From Cellulomonas sp. (lineage in GTDB: Bacteria > Actinomycetota > Actinomycetes > Actinomycetales > Cellulomonadaceae), in assembly GCA_031556715.1 (NCBI GenBank), contig JAVBSR010000089.1, forward strand, positions 1-62,302: 62,302 nt of DNA, given 5' to 3'. Below the pieces are notes generated by a model. That model did no database searches and was not told the origin of the DNA. It was given only the letters and a program-made list of their open reading frames with translations. Both the position numbers and the translations under genes were made by a program. Positions 1-10,557 of the stretch are shown here, one piece after another; position 1 is the first letter of the stretch, and each line of letters begins with the position of its first letter.

Positions 1-438
1 GACGACGGCGGGTGGGCCACCGGCCCGGACGGCGCCCCGGGCATGACCCCCGAGACCGCGGCAGGGATCCTGGAGGCCAACGGCGTGCAGGCCACCTGCT
101 CCTACGCCTCGATGTCGGTCCTGGAGCAGGCCGTGACCTCCGAGGGGTACACCGTCCTGGTGGCCTACGACACGACCACGACCACCGTGACCTCGGTGTC
201 CTACGAGACCTCCGCCGTGTACCTGGCGACCACCGACACCACCGGCCAGCCCGTGGCCGTGCCCCTGTCGGTCTTCGAGCAGTCCTGGGCCGCCTCGGAG
301 TACACCATGATCGAGTCCACCCAGACCGTGTCCGACTACCAGGCCACCGACACCGCCAGCATCGTCCAGCAGGCCACCACCGGCCCCTGGGCCCTGCTGC
401 CCATCAGCGGCACCACCATCGCCGACGCCACCCGCTGA
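1..438 (+). CDS. 5'-truncated hypothetical protein, peptidase C39-like C-terminal region (catalytic residues not evident)
   Basis: Frame 1 is open from base 1 to TGA 438 with high-GC3 codons. VPLSVFEQSWAASEYTMI resembles the C-terminal motif of actinobacterial C39-like proteins. Confidence 0.45.
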   Translation, partial: DDGGWATGPDGAPGMTPETAAGILEANGVQATCSYASMSVLEQAVTSEGYTVLVAYDTTTTTVTSVSYETSAVYLATTDTTGQPVAVPLSVFEQSWAASEYTMIESTQTVSDYQATDTASIVQQATTGPWALLPISGTTIADATR

Positions 439-449
439 CCGCACCGGCA

Positions 450-482
450 CAGAGCCGACGGGCTGCTCGCCCGTCGGCTCTG
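450..482. terminator. Perfect 14-bp stem-loop between convergent genes
   Basis: CAGAGCCGACGGGC-tgctc-GCCCGTCGGCTCTG, 11 nt after the stop at 438. Confidence 0.7.
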
Positions 483-638
483 CTGTGCCTGGGTCGCCTC
501 CTGGCGCCCGAGGTCACGCCGTCGGCGCCGCTCGACCCGGAGGGCGGGTGGAAATCGTCATCCCCGACGTCGGAGACGCTCTGGGCGCCCGGACAGCCCC
601 AGGGGCCCGGAGCGTGGGTCGGTGACGGCCTGCGGACG

Positions 639-2663
639 TCAGGACGTCTCGCTGTCGCCGGGGGCGCGCATCTTGGCCCAGACGACCTTGCCGCCGGTGC
701 CGGTCTGCCGCCAGCCCCAGTCGGCCAGCTGCTCGACGATCTTGATGCCGAACCCGCCGATCCGGTCCGGGTGGCCGTCGGTGGCCACCGGCGGGGCGGG
801 GTTGCCGTCGGCGACCTCGATGCGCAGCGCGTCGCCGACGTCGGCCAGCTGGAGCGTCACGTCGCCCCAGCCGTGGTTGACGGCGTTGGCGACCAGCTCG
901 GACACCACGAGCTCGGCCGACTTGGTGCTGGGCAGGTCCCAGTCGTCGCAGGCCGAGCGCACGGCCTGACGGGCCATCCGCAGCGCGGACGGGTCGTGCG
1001 GCAGGGCAGAGCGCCGCCGACGCGACACCGGGACGCTGGACGCCTCCGCAGGCACCCGCACCACGACGACGGCGATGTCGTCCTCGGCGTGCCGGGCCAG
1101 GTGGGACAGCATCTCCTCGCCGATGCCCGCGGCGTCCGGACCGGCCGCCTCACGGACCACCCGGGCCAGCACGTCCAGCCCGTCGCGCATGCTCCGGCCG
1201 CGGTGCTCGACCAGACCGTCGGTGTAGTAAACCAGGACGTCACCGGGCATCAGCGTCACGGTCGCACCGGCTCGGGCGGCGGCCGACCCCGACGCCTGGC
1301 CGAACCCGATCATCGGGCCCCGGCCCTCGTTGAGGTAGGTGACGGACTGGCCGCGGCGCAGCAGCGGGGGCAGGTGCCCGGCGCGGCAGTAGTCCAGCTG
1401 CCACCCGGCGGCGGCGGCGGTCAGGGTGGAGCACACGATGCCCGCGGCCCGTGGCACGCGCATCCCCGCGACGATCTGGTCGAGGCGGCTGAGCACCTGC
1501 TCGGGGGGGCTGCCCTCCAGCGTGTAGGCGCGCACGACGGCCCGCAGCTGCCCCATCGTCGCGGCGGCCTCGACGTCGTGGCCGACGACGTCGCCGATGA
1601 CGATGCCCGCGGTCCCGGCCTGCACCGGCAGGATGTCGTACCAGTCGCCGCCGATCTGGGTGTCGACGATGTTCGGCGCGTAGTACGTCCACACGTCCAG
1701 ACCGTCGATCTCGGCCTGCTGGGGCAGCATCGACCGCTGCATGGTCTCGGCCAGCCGGTGGGCCCGCAGGTACAGCGCCGAGCTCTCCAGCGCGGTGCCG
1801 ACCCGCCGGGCCGACACCCGCAGCAGGCCGACCGCCGGCTGGTCCAGCTCGGCCATCCCGACGCCCGACAGGGGGACCACGGCGAGCAGCCCGACGACGG
1901 AGTGCCGGCCCGGCACGGCGAGCAGGGTGAAGATTTCGGGGTCGTCGGGCCGGGCCTGCTCGCGCAGGCGGGCGGCCACCAGGTGGGACAGCGAGCCGGG
2001 TGGCCAGTCCACGGACAGGTCCAGGTCGGCCATGCCGTCGCCACCACCGGTGAACACCTGGAACGCGGGGTCGTCCGTGTCGCTGTCGGGGTGGTGGTCG
2101 CCCAGGTCGACGAGGAAGTCGGCGCGGCGCACCACGGAGCCGACCAGCACCCGGGCGGTGGCCTCCAGGTCGCCGCCAGAGTTGAGGTTGGTCGAGACCT
2201 GGGCGACGTCGGCCAGCACCTGCAGGTCGCGTCGCTCCCGGCTGACCAGGTTCTGGATGAGGTCCATCGACGCGCTGGCCAGGGTGTCCAGGCGCACCAG
2301 CCACAGGTCGAGCCGGTCGCCGTCGAGCACCGGGGTGGCCCAGGCCAGGGCCGGCCGCCACGTGTGGTCGGCGCGCCGGATCTGCATCACCTGGCTGTTC
2401 TCGCGCCGTTCAGAAATTGCGGCAAATGCCGCAGATGGGTCCGTCAGTCGCGTAGCCGGGTGCTGCAGCAGCGATCCGTGGTGACTGGCGAGTACGTCCA
2501 GGGTCATACCGAACTCCCGGACGAAAGCCTCGTTCACCCAGACGGGACGCATGTTGGCGTCGAGCGCGAGCATGGGAACACCCGACGTACGCAGCGCCCG
2601 CACCAGCGATCTTTCGATCATGGTGTCGTCACACGCCGAAAGGGGGGTGTTCACAGCCGTCAT
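639..2663 (-). CDS. PAS/GAF + SpoIIE (PP2C, RsbU-like) phosphatase + C-terminal HATPase_c (RsbW-like) domain
   Basis: PP2C motifs GGDWYD, IGDVVGH, AGHLPP, YTDGLVE, EDDIA. Kinase motifs ELVANAVNHG and GGFGIKIV...WG...GKVVW. Confidence 0.92.
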   Translation of the reverse strand: MTAVNTPLSACDDTMIERSLVRALRTSGVPMLALDANMRPVWVNEAFVREFGMTLDVLASHHGSLLQHPATRLTDPSAAFAAISERRENSQVMQIRRADHTWRPALAWATPVLDGDRLDLWLVRLDTLASASMDLIQNLVSRERRDLQVLADVAQVSTNLNSGGDLEATARVLVGSVVRRADFLVDLGDHHPDSDTDDPAFQVFTGGGDGMADLDLSVDWPPGSLSHLVAARLREQARPDDPEIFTLLAVPGRHSVVGLLAVVPLSGVGMAELDQPAVGLLRVSARRVGTALESSALYLRAHRLAETMQRSMLPQQAEIDGLDVWTYYAPNIVDTQIGGDWYDILPVQAGTAGIVIGDVVGHDVEAAATMGQLRAVVRAYTLEGSPPEQVLSRLDQIVAGMRVPRAAGIVCSTLTAAAAGWQLDYCRAGHLPPLLRRGQSVTYLNEGRGPMIGFGQASGSAAARAGATVTLMPGDVLVYYTDGLVEHRGRSMRDGLDVLARVVREAAGPDAAGIGEEMLSHLARHAEDDIAVVVVRVPAEASSVPVSRRRRSALPHDPSALRMARQAVRSACDDWDLPSTKSAELVVSELVANAVNHGWGDVTLQLADVGDALRIEVADGNPAPPVATDGHPDRIGGFGIKIVEQLADWGWRQTGTGGKVVWAKMRAPGDSETS

Positions 2664-2726
2664 AATCGTCTACCGTGCGATGTGTGATGAGTAGTCTGCG
2701 GGGGCGAGACCGAGAGGAGGATCGCG

Positions 2727-3083
2727 GTGCGAGACGGGAGCAGGCCGCCAGATAGTGGAACCTCGGTGGTGCTGGGCGAGCCGGGTGCTGTCCAGGTGCT
2801 GGTCGAGCCGGACCGCACCCGGATCGTCCTGTCTGGCGAGGTAGATGCCGATCTTGCCGCCGAGCTGGCCGAGGCGACCGCCGAGGCCGAGCGGCAGGCG
2901 CTGCCCATCGAGGTGGACACGCGCCACGTGACGTTCATGGACTCGTCCGGGGTGGCCTTCCTGGCCCGGCTGTCCATCCGCAGCCCCCACCGGGTGAGGC
3001 TGCTGAGGGTGCCACCGACCGTCCGGTTCCTCCTCGAGGTCACTCGAATAGGTGAGCTCCTGGACGTCGAGGCCGACGAGTAG
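2727..3083 (+). CDS. STAS-domain anti-sigma factor antagonist (RsbV-like)
   Basis: LSGEVD and VTFMDSSGVAFL (phospho-Ser motif). Start may be slightly downstream. Confidence 0.88.
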   Translation: MRDGSRPPDSGTSVVLGEPGAVQVLVEPDRTRIVLSGEVDADLAAELAEATAEAERQALPIEVDTRHVTFMDSSGVAFLARLSIRSPHRVRLLRVPPTVRFLLEVTRIGELLDVEADE

Positions 3084-3113
3084 GAACTCCGCAGCCGGAG
3101 GCGACCGCGGGCC

Positions 3114-3189
3114 GTCGTGTCACCTCTGCGCCCGGTCGTGTCACCGCACCTGGTCGTGTCACCGCGCCCGGTCGTGTCACCGTGACGAC
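3114..3189. repeat. Four direct copies of GTCGTGTCACC followed by a partial inverted copy
   Basis: Copies at 3114, 3135, 3153 and 3171, then GTGACGACC. Confidence 0.85.
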
Positions 3190-3320
3190 CGGACGGCCCG
3201 CAGCGACGCCCTCCGGCCGGTCGAGCGCCGACCGGCCGCGCCCGTGCTGCGCAAGGCTGCCCACCGTCCCGACCCGCAGGCGCGGGCCGGGACGGACGTG
3301 GACCGCCTGGCAGCACCTCT

Positions 3321-4340
<1,020 letters not shown>

Positions 4341-4509
4341 CGTCTCTCCAGCCTTCTTGTGAGGGGATAGGTCGGTCGTCCTTAGAGTCTTCCACGCCGG
4401 GGCCCGACACTGCGCCTCACGGGCCGGTGTCCGAGGAAAAGCCGATTCGTCCGGGGAGGTCGCGCGGCGGACGTCGGCAGGGCAGGGCCGCGCAGGTCAG
4501 ACTAGGCGG

Positions 4510-5427
4510 GTGATGGGAGCTTTCACCGGGTTCGTCGTCATCGGCGTGCTCGTCGGCGCGGGATACCTGGTGGCTCGGCTGCGGCTGGTGGGCGACGGCG
4601 GCGGGCTGGTGCTCAACCGGGTCGCGTTCTTCGTGGCCGTGCCCGCGCTGCTGTTCACCGTGGTGTCCCGGGCCGAGGTCAGCGTGCTGTTCTCGTGGTT
4701 CGTCGTCGTGGCGGGGCTGGCCGCGCTGGTCACCGCCGCGATCTTCGCCCTCGCGTCGCGGCTGTGGTTCCGCGCCTCGCTGGTCGACACCACCATGGGA
4801 GCGGCCTGCGCCGCCTACGTGAACTCCAACAACATCGGGCTGCCCGTCGCGACCTACATCGTCGGGGACGCGCAGTACGTCGTGCCGCAGATCCTCCTGC
4901 AGGTGCTGGTGTTCTCGCCCGTGATCCTGGGGGTGCTGGACCTGTCGACGCGGGGCCGGGTGGGGGTGCGCGACGTGGCCCTCCAGCCGGTGCGCAACCC
5001 GATCGTCGCCGCCACCGCCCTGGGTGCCGTGGTCGCGGTCGCCGGCTGGTCGCTGCCCGACATCGTCGTCGCACCGCTGGACGTGCTGGGCGGCGCCGCG
5101 GTGCCCCTGGTGCTCATGGCCTTCGGCATGTCCCTGCGCGGACGACGACCCCTGGCTCCGGGGTCGCCCCGCCGTGCCGTCGTGGTCGCCACCGGGCTGA
5201 AGGCCGTGGCCATGCCCACGGTGGCCTACCTGCTGGCCTCGGCGCTGCACCTGCCCAGGCACCTGCTGTTCGCCGTCGTGGTCACCGCGGCGCTGCCCAC
5301 CGCCCAGAACATGAACAACTATGCCGCCCGCTACGGCCGCGCCCAGGTGCTGACCCGCGACACCGTCGCCCTGAGCACCCTGGCGTCGGTCCCGGTGATC
5401 CTGACGCTGACCGCCCTCCTCCGGTGA
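4510..5427 (+). CDS. AEC (auxin efflux carrier) family transporter
   Basis: Multi-TM protein with VNSNNIGLP, NPI and ALPTAQN motifs. Confidence 0.88.
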   Translation: MMGAFTGFVVIGVLVGAGYLVARLRLVGDGGGLVLNRVAFFVAVPALLFTVVSRAEVSVLFSWFVVVAGLAALVTAAIFALASRLWFRASLVDTTMGAACAAYVNSNNIGLPVATYIVGDAQYVVPQILLQVLVFSPVILGVLDLSTRGRVGVRDVALQPVRNPIVAATALGAVVAVAGWSLPDIVVAPLDVLGGAAVPLVLMAFGMSLRGRRPLAPGSPRRAVVVATGLKAVAMPTVAYLLASALHLPRHLLFAVVVTAALPTAQNMNNYAARYGRAQVLTRDTVALSTLASVPVILTLTALLR

Positions 5428-5457
5428 GGCAGGCGTGCGGCCCGCCCGGGGCCGCGG

Positions 5458-6105
5458 TCAGGTGTGGCTCGTGGCCCAGGCGTACATGGTGACGGCGGCG
5501 GCAGCACCGAGGTTGAGCGAACGGGTCGAGCCGTGCTGGGTGATGTGCAGCACCGCCTGGGCGCCGGCGACCGCGTCGGGGCTGAGACCGGTGGACTCGG
5601 TGCCGAACAGCAGCACGCAGGCGCGGGGGATCGGGTAGGTCTCGATCGGCACCGACCCGGGCACGTTGTCGACGCCGAGCACCGGCAGCCCGGCCGTCTG
5701 CGCCCAGGCGAACAGGGCGGACACGTCAGGGTGGTGGTGCAGGTGCAGGTAGCGGTCGGTGACCATCGCCCCACGACGGTTCCAGCGACGACGGCCCACG
5801 ACGTGGACCCCGGCCACGTTGTAGGCGTTGGCCGTGCGGACCACCGAGCCGAGGTTGAGGTCGTGCGCGGTGTTCTCGAACGCCACGTGCAACGGAGCGC
5901 GGCGGGTGTCCAGGTCGGCGACGATCGCCTCGACCGACCCGTACCGGTACTGGTCGGCGACGTTGCGCCGGTCCCCCTCGGCCAGCAGCACCGGGTCGTA
6001 GACCGACCCGGGCCCCACCGCGGGCCAGCGGTCGGGCCCGCCCGGCCACGGGCCCACCCCGACCTCGTCGTCCACCTGCGGCTCCTCGTCTGCCTGGACC
6101 GTCAT
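5458..6105 (-). CDS. TrmH/SpoU family RNA methyltransferase
   Basis: NLGSVVRTANA, WNRRGAMVTDRY, LLFGTESTGL, RSLNLGAA. Confidence 0.92.
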   Translation of the reverse strand: MTVQADEEPQVDDEVGVGPWPGGPDRWPAVGPGSVYDPVLLAEGDRRNVADQYRYGSVEAIVADLDTRRAPLHVAFENTAHDLNLGSVVRTANAYNVAGVHVVGRRRWNRRGAMVTDRYLHLHHHPDVSALFAWAQTAGLPVLGVDNVPGSVPIETYPIPRACVLLFGTESTGLSPDAVAGAQAVLHITQHGSTRSLNLGAAAAVTMYAWATSHT

Positions 6106-6254
6106 GGTCCCACGCCCGGAACCCGGAGCCGACCTCCCGCGGTCGTGCCGGCCTGGGCGTCGGACGCCGGTCTGCGGCTGCTCGACCGCGGGGACCTGAC
6201 GGCGACCCGCCGGACCAGCGGGCCAGCCGCCTCCAGGCCGCCTAGGTTGGTCGT

Positions 6255-7220
6255 ATGGCGACGAGGAGAGCGCTGGTCGCGCAGGTCAGGCGACAGGTGG
6301 CCCGGGTGAAGCAGACCCGGCCGGCCCGGGCTGTCGGCCGGTTCTCCGCTGCCGGTGGCGGGGTGCTCAGCGGCGGGATCGCCTACGCCTCGCTGTTCTC
6401 GCTGTTCGCCGGGCTGGCGCTGGGCTTCACCGTGCTCCTCGCCGTCCTGGGGAGCGACGAGGCCCTGCGCGACAAGGTCGTCGACGCGGTGGCCGACGTG
6501 CTGCCGGGTCTCGTCGACACCGGCGACGGGAACGGCGGTGCGGTCCCTCTGGAGGCGCTGGAGCTGTCACCGGCCTTCACGGTCGCCGGGGTCGTGGCAG
6601 CGCTGGCCCTGGTGATGTCGGCCCTGTCGGCGGTGGGCGCGCTCCAGACCGGGCTGCGGGCGATGCTCGACCTGCGGGTGGTCGAGAACGTCGTGGTCGG
6701 CACGCTGCGCCGGCTCGGCGGGCTGGTCGCCGCGGGAGTGGCCGTCGTGGTGTCGGCGGTGCTGTCGTCGGCGGTGGCGGGGCTGCTGGGCGGCGCCGCG
6801 CAAGGCCTGGTCTCCGTGGCCGGCGTCGTCGTGGCGTTCGTCGTGGACACCGCGACGTTCCTGTTCGCCGTGCGGGTGCTGGCCGGCGCCCGGCCGGCGC
6901 GCCGAGACCTGCTGTGGGGTGCGGTGATCGCCGCGGTGGGGCTGGGTGCCATCCGGCTGGTCGGCGCGACTCTGGTCGCCGGTGCCGCCTCCAACCCGCT
7001 GCTGGCCTCGTTCGCCGCGGTGGTGGTGCTGCTCGCCTGGGTCAACCTGGTGGCACGGGTCCTCCTGCTGGCCGCCGCCTGGACCGCCGACCCGCCCCCG
7101 GTCGACGAGCACCGGGTCGACAAGCACCGGGCCGACGAGCACCGGGCCGACGAGCACCGGGTCGACGAGCCGGCCCACAACTGCCCGGCCGACGACCGCC
7201 CGGCCGACCGCACCGGCTGA
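6255..7220 (+). CDS. YihY/BrkB family membrane protein
   Basis: GGIAYASLFSLF, LLAWVNLVARVLLLAAAW; multi-TM. Confidence 0.88.
   Translation: MATRRALVAQVRRQVARVKQTRPARAVGRFSAAGGGVLSGGIAYASLFSLFAGLALGFTVLLAVLGSDEALRDKVVDAVADVLPGLVDTGDGNGGAVPLEALELSPAFTVAGVVAALALVMSALSAVGALQTGLRAMLDLRVVENVVVGTLRRLGGLVAAGVAVVVSAVLSSAVAGLLGGAAQGLVSVAGVVVAFVVDTATFLFAVRVLAGARPARRDLLWGAVIAAVGLGAIRLVGATLVAGAASNPLLASFAAVVVLLAWVNLVARVLLLAAAWTADPPPVDEHRVDKHRADEHRADEHRVDEPAHNCPADDRPADRTG
7101..7170 (+). repeat. In-frame 15-nt tandem repeat (GYCGACRAGCACCGG)x4.7 in the yihY 3' end
   Basis: Encodes VDEHR-VDKHR-ADEHR-ADEHR-VDE. Confidence 0.85.
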
Positions 7221-7343
7221 CAGTCGCACCGACCGTCGTCCTGGACGTCTCGATCGGGTGCTCTTCTGTCGGTGAGCACCCGGACGGCCGTCGGGCTGGG
7301 TCGACCCAGCAGGTCATTGCCGAGTGTCGCTTAGGCTGTCGTC

Positions 7344-8021
7344 ATGCTCACGATGGTGCCCGCGCTCGGGCCGGACTGGTTGGACCCGCAGCACCTCATC
7401 GACTCGTTCGGGACCTGGGCGCTGGTGGGGATCATGGCGGTGATCTTCATCGAGGTCGGGCTGCTGTTCCCGATCCTGCCGGGCGACTCGCTGCTGTTCA
7501 CGGCCGGGGCGCTGGTGGCGAGCGACGAGCTGAACGTGGGCATCGGTATCGTGCCGCTGTCGCTGATCATGATCGTCACCGCCTTCGCCGGGACCCAGTC
7601 CGGGTACTGGATCGGCCGGTTCATCGGCACCAGGCTGTTCGACCGCCCCGACGGACGGATCTTCAAGCGCAAGCACATCGAGACGACCCACGCCTACTTC
7701 GACAAGTACGGCGGGCGCACCTTGGTCATCGCCCAGTTCATCCCGTTCGTGCGCACCTACGCCTCGGTGGCCGCCGGGGTAGGTCGGATGCCCTACCGGC
7801 ACTTTGTGAAGTTCAACGCCGTCGGTGTCGTGCTGTGGGCGGGCGGGGTGACCTGGTTGGGGTACGCGCTCGGTCGCATCACGTTCGTGGCGAACAACAT
7901 CGAGGTGCTCCTGGTGCTCATCGTGCTGGCCTCGGTGTCGCCGGTCGTCGTCGAGGTCCTGCGCGAGCGGCACAAACGACGGGCCGCCGCGCTGGCCGAG
8001 GCCGACCTCAAGGACGCCTGA
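7344..8021 (+). CDS. DedA/VTT-domain membrane protein
   Basis: FIEVGLLFPILPGDSLLFTAG; FIPFVRTY..VAAGVGRMPYRHF. Confidence 0.93.
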   Translation: MLTMVPALGPDWLDPQHLIDSFGTWALVGIMAVIFIEVGLLFPILPGDSLLFTAGALVASDELNVGIGIVPLSLIMIVTAFAGTQSGYWIGRFIGTRLFDRPDGRIFKRKHIETTHAYFDKYGGRTLVIAQFIPFVRTYASVAAGVGRMPYRHFVKFNAVGVVLWAGGVTWLGYALGRITFVANNIEVLLVLIVLASVSPVVVEVLRERHKRRAAALAEADLKDA

Positions 8022-8351
8022 CCTCACCGCTCCCTCCACGCAGGCGGCGGCCGCACGACGCCCTGCTGAGCATGGGTGTCGGCCGAGTCGATCACCGCCG
8101 TAGCCGGCGATCCCCGGGTCCCCTCGGCAGTGACCGTGAAGAGCAGGTGCGGGGGTCGGCTCCCGCCGGAGCCGCCGCCGGCCGGGGTCGATCGACGTGA
8201 CGCCGAGCCGTGGCATAGGTCCACGGGCCCGGTGGTCCTGGGCCCAGCGTGGGTGTTCGGGCTCTGGTCCTGGTCAGCCGGCCGCTGGGAGCCTGGTGCC
8301 GGTCTCACCGTCATGACCGGACGGTGGCTGGTGAGGACGAAGGGCGTCGTC

Positions 8352-9764
8352 GTGGCACGAGCGCGTGGTGACCGGCAGTCGGGTGCTGGGACCGTGGAGT
8401 ACATCGGTGTGATCATCGGCGTGGCTGCGATGGTCGCCGTCCTGCTGATCGCCTTCCCGTCGGTCGGTGAGCAGCTGGCGTGCAGGCTGTCGCAGGTCGT
8501 CGGGTCGATCACCGGAGGTTCGGCCAGCTGCTCCGGCGCCTCGGGCGGCCAGGGCCAGGCGGGTCCGGACAGTAGCGGGTTCGTAGAGCCGAGGACGACG
8601 ACGACCGGTCCGGGCACGGGCCGGGTCGAGTTCGTCGTCACCGTGCCGGAGGGCCAGAACTGGACGGTCGAGTCCGACCAGCCGTGGCTGACGGTGCCGG
8701 ACAACCGGGTGTTCGACGGTCCGACGATCAGAGGTTTCTACGGTCCGTTCGGGGGCGGCAACGGTCCGGGGTCGCTCACGGCCGTGGTGCACACCAACCC
8801 GGACGCCGACGGCAAGCCACGCACGGCGACCCTGACCTTCACCGGGCCGAACGGGGAGAAGTTCACCCAGGAGATCACGCAGGCAGGCGGGACGGCCCAG
8901 ACCGTCGTGCTCGGCGACTCGTTCTCGGCCGGCATCGGTTCGGGGAAGAACCACCCGGACGCCCCCACGGACGACGGCTGCCACCGCAGCTCGATGTCGT
9001 GGGGTCGGCAGCTCGAAGCAGGCACCGCCACCGGCGCCGGGACACCCAGCATCTCGTTGTCCGCCTTCGGGGCGTGCAGCGGGGCCACTGTCGACGGGAC
9101 CGACCTGACCGGCAGGACCGGCGCACCGTCGTTGCTGGCGCAGATCGAGGCCAACAAGGACGCGCTGGCGCAGGCCGACCAGGTCGCGTTCTCCACCGGC
9201 GGCAACGACATCGGGTTCGCCCCGATCGTGCAGGACTGCGTCGTGCCGATCAACTCGGTGGCCAACTGCCACCGAGCGGTCAGGGAGGGCAGGTGGCTGG
9301 TCAACGGCCGGGGCAACGAGGCCTCGCCGCTGAGCCCCCGGCTGGAACAGGCCTACCGGGCGATGCTGGAGGCCGCGCCGAACGCGACCATCTACGTCGT
9401 CGGGTACCCGCCGATGGTCGAGCTGGACGACACCGGCGGCGGATTCCTCGACTGGGGCGAGATCGAACCCGAGAACTACCAGGAAGTCGTCGACCTGCTC
9501 AACGAGCTCAACTTCCAGATGGCGAGCACGGTCAACATGGTGAACGAGTCGACCCCCGGTGGCGGGCGGCTGGTCTTCGTCGACCCGACGAAAGAAGGCT
9601 CCCCGTTCCACGGGCACTCGCTGACCGACGAGGTCCCGTTCTACAACGGCCTGCAGACCGAATGGGCCTGGCCGCCCGTCAGCTACCAGTCGTACCACCC
9701 CAACGACGCAGGTAACGAGGCGTATGCTCAGTGGGTCGGCTGGTACATGATGGGCAGGCGGTGA
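8352..9764 (+). CDS. Flp-pilin-like N-terminus + BACON-like domain + SGNH/GDSL hydrolase fusion
   Basis: G|AGTVEY plus hydrophobic helix (prepilin-like). BACON-like WTVESDQPWLTV...NPD..PRTATLTF...ITQ. SGNH blocks LGDSFSAG, GGNDIGF and YHPN. Start inferred at GTG 8352. Confidence 0.8.
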   Translation: MARARGDRQSGAGTVEYIGVIIGVAAMVAVLLIAFPSVGEQLACRLSQVVGSITGGSASCSGASGGQGQAGPDSSGFVEPRTTTTGPGTGRVEFVVTVPEGQNWTVESDQPWLTVPDNRVFDGPTIRGFYGPFGGGNGPGSLTAVVHTNPDADGKPRTATLTFTGPNGEKFTQEITQAGGTAQTVVLGDSFSAGIGSGKNHPDAPTDDGCHRSSMSWGRQLEAGTATGAGTPSISLSAFGACSGATVDGTDLTGRTGAPSLLAQIEANKDALAQADQVAFSTGGNDIGFAPIVQDCVVPINSVANCHRAVREGRWLVNGRGNEASPLSPRLEQAYRAMLEAAPNATIYVVGYPPMVELDDTGGGFLDWGEIEPENYQEVVDLLNELNFQMASTVNMVNESTPGGGRLVFVDPTKEGSPFHGHSLTDEVPFYNGLQTEWAWPPVSYQSYHPNDAGNEAYAQWVGWYMMGRR

Positions 9765-10444
9765 CGGTGCGCAGCAACGGTCCGCGGGGGCTGGCTGGAG
9801 CGGGGCTCATGGTGGCGGCAGGGCTGGTGCTCGGCGGGTGCGGTGGCGGCGACGAGGGTGGCGTGACCGGCTCGTCGGCCCCGACCACCAGCGCGTCGGC
9901 CTCGTCGGTCCAGGCTGCGCCGTGGGCCGAGGAGATCTCCACCGGTGACGAGCTGTGGCAGGTGAGCGGCGACGGGTTCACGCTGACCGCCTACGCCATG
10001 GGCGAGGACACCGCCCAGCGTGAGTCGTACTACTCCGACGACGTCACCAACGAGCCGCTGGTTGCCGCCGGCGACCCGGTCGTGTTCGTCAACCTGGTGC
10101 TGACCAACACCAGCGACGAGGTCCAGTACGTCGCCACCGACCAGCCCAAGCTGCTCGCCGCGCCCTTCGAGAGCCCGTACGCGCAGCAGGGTGTCGCCGA
10201 CATCACCTATGCGACGGACTCCCAGTGGCGCCACCACGACGTGTGGTACCACTCCGTCCGGGTGGGCAGCGGTGTGTCGTCGCCCTACCCGTTGGCTCCC
10301 GGTGAGTCGTGCGCGCGGGGTTACATCCTGCCGCTGGGGCTCGGGGTCCAGTGGGCCTTCATCGGGGCGGTGTGGGTCTACGACGGCGAGGACGACCCGG
10401 GGCACGCTGTCACCTTCCAGCAGCAGGACCACACGTTCGGCTGA
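9761..10444 (+). CDS. Hypothetical lipoprotein translationally coupled to the pilin-lipase gene
   Basis: GTGA overlap with the upstream stop; lipobox LVLGGC followed by a Ser/Thr linker. Confidence 0.7.
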   Translation: MTVRSNGPRGLAGAGLMVAAGLVLGGCGGGDEGGVTGSSAPTTSASASSVQAAPWAEEISTGDELWQVSGDGFTLTAYAMGEDTAQRESYYSDDVTNEPLVAAGDPVVFVNLVLTNTSDEVQYVATDQPKLLAAPFESPYAQQGVADITYATDSQWRHHDVWYHSVRVGSGVSSPYPLAPGESCARGYILPLGLGVQWAFIGAVWVYDGEDDPGHAVTFQQQDHTFG

Positions 10445-10557
10445 GCCCGGCGCCTCGGGACGACCGAAGGGTGGGCACGGCCCGATCGGCGCGACCCCTG
10501 TGCGTCGGTCCGTCTGTCGGTCCCGGTGCGTCGGCCGGCCCGCACGACCGTGGCGCG

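Noticed and set aside
12-2687. 891-aa + strand ORF, and similar long ORFs such as 48119-50980(-), 56308-58575(+) and 21247-23049(-)
   Set aside because: Antisense or off-frame shadows of well-supported genes in high-GC DNA; Arg/Gly/Pro-rich with no motifs.
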